From NCBI RefSeq assembly GCF_009914755.1, contig NC_060936.1: DNA of 64,000 bases, one strand, 5' to 3'. Source of the stretch: the human T2T-CHM13v2.0 reference genome, Homo sapiens. This document shows, in pieces, positions 49,287 to 64,000 of the stretch (positions within the stretch are counted from its first letter, which is position 1; every line of letters begins with the position of its first letter). The translations under genes were made by a program, and so were the position numbers. The notes beneath the pieces are model-generated. The model had not been told where the DNA came from and ran no database searches. It saw only the letters and a program-made list of their open reading frames with translations.

Positions 49287-49522
49287 TAGTAGTGCTAAAC
49301 ATTAATTCCATTTTCTTTCCAAAAGGATTTTTGTAAGGTTTCTTTATATGTCAATTGTCTTGGTGTATCTACCTAATATACACAGAACTTTTCAAAACTG
49401 TAACTATGACAAGGCGTGAAATATTTGGAATCACATATTCCAGGGTTTAGCCACACAGAAATTACAGCAATTTACTCTGGACTTATTAAAGCAAACAAAT
49501 CCCTGCTAAAGCTATGGCTTAC

Positions 49523-49617
49523 CTTCCTTCCATATTTAGGATACACACCAGTTCATCCTCAAAAAAAATCTCTGGTCCTTCAAGGTTCTCAATGTCACTG
49601 AAGCCATTACAAGGAAC
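49523..49617 (-). CDS. FBXO21: FBXO21 exon 3 (95 nt): VPCNGFSDIENLEGPEIFFEDELVCILNMEGR
   Basis: Boundaries catag|GTTCCT and GGAAG|gtaagc. Phase [10 protein letters not shown]. Confidence 0.95.
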
Positions 49618-49890
49618 CTATGAAGAAGACATATACAAGTAGGCCTCAATTATGAGTATTGATGCAACTCTCACTCTCACAAATTTGAGCTGAAATAAAG
49701 ATGTCCACTACTAAAGACAGTGCTAACAGTTATTCTACACTACCTTGCACTACCAGTCATGGGTAGAAAATAACATAAAGTAACAATAATTTACTGAGGT
49801 TTTGTTGTTGTTTGTAATCAATGATGTTTTCATAGACTGGAATTTCTGAAACTGACAACTCACAGTTCTAACGTAAAGAAAACTAGCTCT

Positions 49891-50490
<600 letters not shown>

Positions 50491-51280
50491 ATCTTCTGAG
50501 TTTAAAATTCTATGGCTTCTCTCAGTTTTCTTTTTGCAAGTAGCCAGAACATTTCAGGTCAACCTGTGTGCATTCTGAGAACACAGGAACGCCAAGATCC
50601 CGGGCCAAAGCAATCACCCACCCACAGATTAATGTTAAGTATGCTCCCGCTGTGTTCAAAGTCCTTGACATACTTCTAATTAAGCAGTGGTACAGGAAAA
50701 GGGGGAGCTGAGGAAAAAACACAACAATCCATCATTATTACACAGAGGCACAGACTGTTCAAAACATACACAAAACCAGCTGGACTAGAAATGGAGGTTG
50801 CAGGCTCATAGTCCATGACCAACTGCACCAAACATAGCTAGTACCAAAATCTACGTATGTGCAAACACATTCAGATCAGCATTTACAATTTGTGATTATG
50901 AATGCTTTTAGCCAGGGCATGGCTTCTCCAAAGTAAAATACAAATTTTGTTTATTCTAACACTAATAAATATTTATAGAAACCAATTACACTAAGGAATG
51001 TCTATTTGTATTCTCCATAGGGGAAAACATTCAAATTTGTCCAAAGTTCAAATTTTCCCTTTCAAAACTTGAAAAGCCTTGAAAACATTTCAAATTATTA
51101 ACTCCATTAACTAACAGTAATTAAAATTAGAGAATCCAAAGGAGTCTTTAGGAAAACAAAAAACTGAAATAAATCAGATTGGCTCTATTTCTAGAACCCC
51201 AACCAGAAATAAATATCGAATAGTTTGTTGAACTCAAAACATTAGTGTGGATTATTTTCCAGAGTTACAAAAAGGGATCA

Positions 51281-51746
<466 letters not shown>

Positions 51747-52268
51747 TCATTTCAGGGAGTAATAACTCTGATTTATAGGTAGCTTTTAATCCTCTGTTAC
51801 CTTAACAAATAATGCAGTTCACTACTGGGTAGAACCTGCAAAGCCAGAGAGAAGAACCACATTAATTTCGTCAACCCTTCTGGGAAAACAACCGGGAGAA
51901 ATTTACAGTGTTCAATCATTGATGATTCCCCAAATAACGGAGGGGTTGCAAAAAAAATCCGTTGAACCCATTTGAGAAATAATGCTGATCTGGACTCCGT
52001 CTACATTGTGCTGCGTGGGTCCCTCCCTGCTCCCTCCACCCCCACTCTCTCTCTGGCTTTAGAAAAGTAAAGCTGGCACAGACAAATGGCTTCGTGTTGT
52101 TGGATAGGAGGAAAAGGACACAATGACTCTTGCAGCCATCTAAGTGAGTAAGGGATTGTGAGAGCATTGAAAAGGGAGATACGAAAAGAGCTGGATGAGC
52201 TCATGCCTGCAGACCCAGACACATACACCAGCAAGCCAAAGCTTAGAGCCACATCAACAGATCCTTAC

Positions 52269-52404
52269 GTGCTCTGAAAAGAACCTCTTTGAGAACGAGG
52301 CTACAATCTTCCGCGCTTCTAACCCAGCTTTTTGCCGAACTTTATACTCTTCCAACCAATTGACGTAGTCGGTGGGGCTGTAGTGTTTCATAAGGGAAGG
52401 CCAC
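52269..52404 (-). CDS. FBXO21: FBXO21 exon 2 (136 nt): WPSLMKHYSPTDYVNWLEEYKVRQKAGLEARKIVASFSKRFFSEH
   Basis: Boundaries tcgtag|GTGG and CAC|gtaagg. Open frame continues exon 1. Confidence 0.95.
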
Positions 52405-53259
52405 CTACGAGGAGAGAAACACCCCCTCAGCTTAACAGAAACTCAAAGGCAGGCGGCCACGAATCCAAGGCAGCCTTGGAAACAGGGACAGCAGTGGCGT
52501 CCAGTGGTAAGAGGGACCCCGGCGAGAGACCTAGTTCAAAACCCCACCAGCATTCACTCACTCACTCCCGGTGTGACCTTGGCGTAGCGGCATGAATGAT
52601 GTCTCCATTCCCCATCTCTAAAATGGGGACAGTTGTAACAACAACAACAATAATAATAATGACAATGACAGTGAGCACTGATTGAGCGCCTCCTAGGAGC
52701 CGGGGCCCTGCGTGCGTGCCTCCCGGACATCATCTAATTTAATAAACACGGTGAAAGGTAGGTCTAATGATCACCACCACTCAAAGTCTATGAACGAGGC
52801 TCAAAAAAAGGGAAGTCGCTCCCCCCAAGGTCACAGAGGGAGTGTGCAGGGCCAGATTTCATCCTGGGGCCACGCTGAAATCTGTGCCGTCCACAACCAG
52901 CCCGGGGATGCTGCGCCCGCCCGATCGATGCATCACTGGGTCCATGTAAACATTTCAGCCCGAAGTCGGGCACAAAAGAAGCGCGCAAAAGGGACGAGCC
53001 GCGCCGCCGCCAGCGTCACCCTTGACGGAGGACCCGGCTGCGAGGCGCTCCTAGATGCGCCATTTGGGGACCCGGGGGTCCGCCTGGCGTGGCCCCGCAG
53101 GGTCCGGGGCCTGGAGGCCTTTGTCTGTCTGTCCGCGGGAAGGGGTCCGGGGTGGGGTCCGCGCGCGGGGCGGCCGCGGGGAGCTAGCGGGGCGGCTGCC
53201 CGGCCCCGGGGGGCGCGGGGCGGTGGGCGCGCAGCCGGGGCGCGGGGCCGCTGGCTCAC

Positions 53260-53498
53260 CTCACCCGGAACTGCTCCTTCCACACCTTCCCGCTGCTCTG
53301 GCACAGCTCGCGCAGCCGCCGGCAGGTGCTGGAGACACGGCCGATGTCGGCGGCCGTCAGCGAGCCGCAGCACAGGATGTACTCCAGCACCTCACCCGGC
53401 AGGTTGACGAGGCAGCTGAGGCCCGCTACCTCCGGCGCGGCCTCCTCCGCCAGCGCCGGCACCACCTCCATCGCGCTGTCGACTGCTGCCGCCGCCAT
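53260..53498 (-). CDS. FBXO21: FBXO21 coding exon 1 (239 nt), containing the F-box motif LVNLPGEVLEYIL...VSSTCRRLREL
   Basis: ATG at 53498 in CAAGATGGCG. Ends GTG AG|gtgagc. Matches ORF 53256..53498. Confidence 0.97.
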
Positions 53499-53502
53499 CT
53501 TG
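53491..53502 (-). promoter_or_regulatory. TISU / YY1 element overlapping the start codon
   Basis: CAAGATGGCGGC is an exact match to the TISU consensus SAASATGGCGGC and contains the YY1 motif AAGATGGCGGC. Confidence 0.7.
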
Positions 53503-53900
53503 TCCGCGTACCTGGGGCCGCCGCGCGCGCGCGTGCGAGAGTGCCCGGGCGCCCCGCCTGGCCCCGCCTACTGGTCTTGGGGGCGAGTCCTGAGATCGCT
53601 CCGCCCATCCGCGGGCCACACCTCCCCTGCATCGGCTGGGGGCTGCGCGGGTGGCAGCGCCGCAAAAGGGAGGACATAATTGGGCTCTGTGCTTGGAGCC
53701 GGCAGCGCAAGCCGCCTCTAGTCCGGGACAACAATAGTAGCACTGATTCTTTTAAACGTAATTAATGTTTAAAATTAACAAATAAAAATGGTGTCTATTC
53801 TCACGCGTGCTGAGCGCTTTCTGTGCGCATTGGACCTTTCCGAATTACCCTGCGAACTTTCTCCCCATATTACAGATGGGGAAACAGGTTGGGAGAGTGA

Positions 53901-54404
<504 letters not shown>

Positions 54405-55661
54405 TGATGTAATAATAACAATATTCTTGAGTGGGTGCTATGGGAAGCCCTCTATGATGGTGTAGGGGAGTAATAATAATCCTCAAATGTGTGCCCTGAT
54501 TTTAGGCTAATAGAGGGCAGGCAGAGAGCTCTCCTGTACTGGTTTCTTAATTGTTTCCAGCTCAACAATCCTTCATATTTGGGGAGCATAGTCTGACCTC
54601 CCACAATAGGTACCACAGTTATACCTATTCTACAGAAAAGGCAAAGTTCTTCCAGGTGGCAGTCACTGGTTCAAAGTTACAGAGACAAAAGTGCTAAAGC
54701 CTGGATTTGAGTCTTCAAAGCGGGAGTTATCACTCAGGATTGGGAGGGTAGTCTCAGGATCTGCACATTAAAAAAAAAAAATCAGTTTAGTTCAGTGCCA
54801 AAGCCCTGTGTTGTGTGCCCTGGGGATACAGGGGTGAGAAAAATGGAGTCTTTGCTTCAAAACCTCAAAGTGCAATTACAGTTAGAAGGATCTGTTGTCA
54901 GTACATGGAGGGTCCAATGAAGTACTCCTGGCAACTTGGAAATCAAGATGCCCTGAGAGAGCTGAACTAGTAAAGTGACTCTCAATGGATGGCGTTGAGC
55001 CATCTGTGGCTCCCTATTTCCCGTAGAAATGAATGTGACATCCCAAACATTGTTGCAAAGCAACAAACTCCACCTCTTCTTACCTATCTGAAGTCTTTCT
55101 CTCTCACTAGCCATGCATACCCCAGCAAGGCTGGTCATCTCTTTCCTCCCATTTCTGGCCCTACATATACTATTCCTGCTGCCTGCAAGGCACTTCATGC
55201 AGTCCTCCCCTTCCAGTAGCTCCTCCTCTTCCTCCAGGGCTCAGCTTAACCTTTCCAAATGCTCTCCCTTCCCCCGCCCCAGCACCAGCACCAGATATGG
55301 CTCCTGCCCAGCATTTTGCAGTCTTGTAATTACTTAACTTACAACTATTCAACATGCATCTTTCCCACTAAATCTGAAGGGAGTTCAGTGCTAGGACTGT
55401 GTCTGAGTCACCTCTAGAAGCCTAGTTACTTGACCCATGCCCTGCACAGAGCAGATTCTCAATTATCTATTGATTGCGATAGTCTAACCAGCTGTTTGAC
55501 TAGGGAAGTTACTTAGCCTTTCTGAGGCCCAGTTTTTTATCTGTAAAATGGGAATAATAATTAATAATAATAATGCCTGTCTCCTGGGGCTGTCATGAGA
55601 ATTAAATGAGGAAATTCATGTGAGGGGCATAGAACAGTGGCTGGTATAGAAAAAATCCTTG

Positions 55662-56600
<939 letters not shown>

Positions 56601-57129
56601 TTGTGACTCCACTGTCTCCCGGTTCTCCTCTCACCTCTGGGGCTGCACCTTCTCCATCTTCTTTGCAGCCACTCAGATGTTACATGTTGAGGTATCTTGG
56701 GCCTCAGCCAGCCCTCTTCTTTCACTATCTTGCCTCTGTCCACAACTCGAATGATGATCCAGATCCAATCGAAATATCCACATTTCTCTCTTCTGCCCCA
56801 CCCGCTCCTCTGGGATCTAGTCTGGCTTAGCCTGCTCACCTGCCATTCCCTTTGGGCCCTTCAAACTCAACTTATCCAGGAGGAAACTCATGATCTTTCT
56901 TCTCCACTTTACCTTGTCTTCTCTTAGTAGTTCCTGCCTTAGGAAGGGCTACTCATTCATCCATTCCTGTAAAACATGAACTTGTCACCATCCTTGCTAC
57001 CTCTTTCTCCCTCACCATCCATAACCAAATGCCCAACAGAGGTTAATTTCTGTAAGCCTCAGTTTCCTAATCTATAAAACAGGGATAAAAATCTATCTTG
57101 CTATTAAATAAGACATATACATCAGTTAG

Positions 57130-58545
<1,416 letters not shown>

Positions 58546-59044
58546 TCTTTCATTTTAACTTAAATTGTTTTCCTTGATTTATATTTGCAATATGAAATAG
58601 AAGCTTGGCACAAACGCACACTCATGCCAGCCTGGGGAGAGAGGGCTAGGGACAAGATCACTTGGCAGCAGGGCTGGTACCCCAGATGCTTAGTTAGGAT
58701 GGCAGGAGGGGGATCCCGAACCCTCACCCAGCCCCTCCTACCCTGGGGTCCATGAAATGTACAGAAGGGGAGAAGGAAGTATGGGATGTTGGTGAGAGTG
58801 TCCAGGGCCCGGTGGGATTGTATGAAAGAATGGCGCACACACAAAAGATTTACATACCTATCAAAGGGACAGAAGATATAATTACAAACACAAATTTTCT
58901 CAAGGAAATTCTCCAAGAAAGGAAGAAGGGAATGAGTCTCTTTCCTTTTTGGCATAGGGAAAACTCTGTTTTTAAATTTCCCCTAGGATACCCTTTTGCT
59001 GAACTGGCCTCACGCCCTGACTATATCCAGCTGGTCCCCTCAAC

Positions 59045-60430
<1,386 letters not shown>

Positions 60431-60789
60431 TGCTCTATCCCACAGTCCCTGCTAAAATCACCCTGCACAAACTCAAATCCTAGAATAAGTCCCTCTGGGA
60501 TCCCTCCTCCCTGGCTTCCCAGTGGTCCTCTAGGGTGGCCTCTCCCTTGCTGCAGCAAGGTAAAAACTTATCTTTGTTGGACTACAGATGAATTTCTCGT
60601 TATTTTTGGCTGGCGAGGTCAACACCCCTCTCCAGTGAAATCTCCACAATCTAGCCGCAGATACCATTTCAACTACCCTCAACACTGTCCACACCTGTTT
60701 TGCCAAGATCCAAGCTCCCATTCTTTCTGTAATTTTAAGATGTTAATAAGTTTCCAAACTCCATGGCAGCGGGGAGGTGAGTAATCTTT

Positions 60790-61505
<716 letters not shown>

Positions 61506-61802
61506 GTGTTCCTTGTCCTCATAATTAGTACTTACATCCTTTCTTTTCTGGTCCACTTCTCTGCCCACCTGAGGGCCTTTGCTGATACGGTTCCTTTTCC
61601 CAGGAGTGCCTCCTCAGCCACACCTACTCATCTTTCAGATTTCTGCTCAAGTGCTCCTCTGTAGGAACACAAGTCCATGAACCCAGGCTAGGCAAGCTCC
61701 TTCTGCCTTGTGCCTTCTCAGAACCCTATGCCTTTCATTCAGTACACACTCACAAACTGTAGGAATGCATACATGGCCATGATTACTAGATTCACCCTCC
61801 CG

Positions 61803-62355
<553 letters not shown>

Positions 62356-62370
62356 TATAATATAGCAACT

Positions 62371-62995
<625 letters not shown>

Positions 62996-63144
62996 TCAAC
63001 CCCGTTATGTGCAGGGTTTGCTCCCCCTCATTGTCCCCTCAGAGCCACCTTATTGCTGAAGACTTCCCTGACCACTCTATTTAAACAGTCACTTTTTTCC
63101 CTGTTTTTTTTTCCTCCAAAAATTACTTAATCATCACTAACATT

Positions 63145-63270
63145 CTTCTTCCTACCCACTCCTCCTCCACTTCTTCCTCTTTCCTCCTCCTCCTCCTCCC
63201 CTTCCCCTCCTCCTCCTCCTTCTCCTCCTCCTCCTCTTCCTCCTCCTTCTTCTTTCTTCTTCTCCTTCTA
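63145..63270. repeat. (CCT/CTT)n low-complexity tract
   Basis: Run of tcctcctcc and ttcttc units. Confidence 0.9.
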
Positions 63271-63284
63271 GCTTCCTTATGAAC

Positions 63285-63631
<347 letters not shown>

Positions 63632-63814
63632 TTATTGTCCCTGTCCTTCTTCTGTAATGTGAGTGCTACTGGTTGATCTACCAGAGTCTGCCACATAATA
63701 GGTCCTCATTCTATTTCTATGGAATGGATGAATGCATCCTACAAGCGAATCAATTGAGCTGACTGTATTTTGTGTGTGGGGTGGACATGAATCATTGGGA
63801 GCCAGAGGATGGGC

Positions 63815-64000
63815 TGTGTTAAGCTGGAAATGATCCCCAAACATGTCCAGGTTCTAATGCCCGAGAACTGTGAATATGTTACCTTATGTGGCAAAAGGGG
63901 GCTTTTCAGATGTGATTAAGTTAAGGAATCTTGAGAAGAGGAGATGATCCTGGATTATCTGGGTGGATCCAGTGTCATCCCAAGGGTTCTCATAAGAGGG
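63815..64000 (+). mobile_element. MLT1 (MaLR) LTR, 5' part
   Basis: ctgtgaatatgttaccttatgtggcaaaaggg...gatgtgattaagttaagga...gatcctggattatctgggtgg. Confidence 0.8.

Larger units (their letters stand above)
52900..53720. promoter_or_regulatory. CpG island and TATA-less promoter of FBXO21, with GC boxes and an NRF1-like GCGCGTGCG
   Basis: Very high GC and CpG density over exon 1. CCCCGCC boxes at about 53552 and 53562. Alternating CG tract at 53522-53537. Confidence 0.9.

Noticed and set aside
52712-53765. Long antisense or alternative-frame ORFs over the CpG island (231, 236 and 146 aa)
   Set aside because: They have non-ATG or weak starts and Arg/Gly/Ala/Pro-rich composition. Stop codons are scarce in GC-rich DNA, and I see no recognisable domain.
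54461-54604. A short TGT...ACA-bounded element resembling an internally deleted LTR
   Set aside because: There is no clean TSD and I cannot assign a family by eye.

Overview
This is Alu-dense primate genomic DNA, most likely human (from memory, chr12q24.22). It carries one complete protein-coding gene on the minus strand: FBXO21, an F-box substrate receptor of an SCF ubiquitin ligase. I traced 12 coding exons by hand with GT-AG boundaries and [16 protein letters not shown], from the ATG at 53498 to the TAA at 9103-9105. The CDS is 1887 nt (628 aa) or 1866 nt (621 aa), depending on a 21-nt alternative acceptor at exon 10. A CpG-island promoter lies at about 52.9-53.7 kb, and a 3' UTR of about 2.3 kb ends near AATAAA at 6815-6820. 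The rest is Alu, L1, L2, MIR, DNA-transposon and LTR remnants plus microsatellites. Nearly all ORFs in the supplied track are Alu or low-complexity artefacts. I found no evidence for a wholly new biological system. The best leads are regulatory hypotheses: an exact TISU/YY1 element on the start codon, a tandem 5' splice site that would give an F-box-only product, inverted Alus enclosing frameshifting exon 3, a candidate cryptic exon and intronic poly(A) site that would truncate the YccV domain, and a convergent spliced plus-strand transcript at the 3' end. Repeat boundaries and subfamily names were judged by eye and are approximate.
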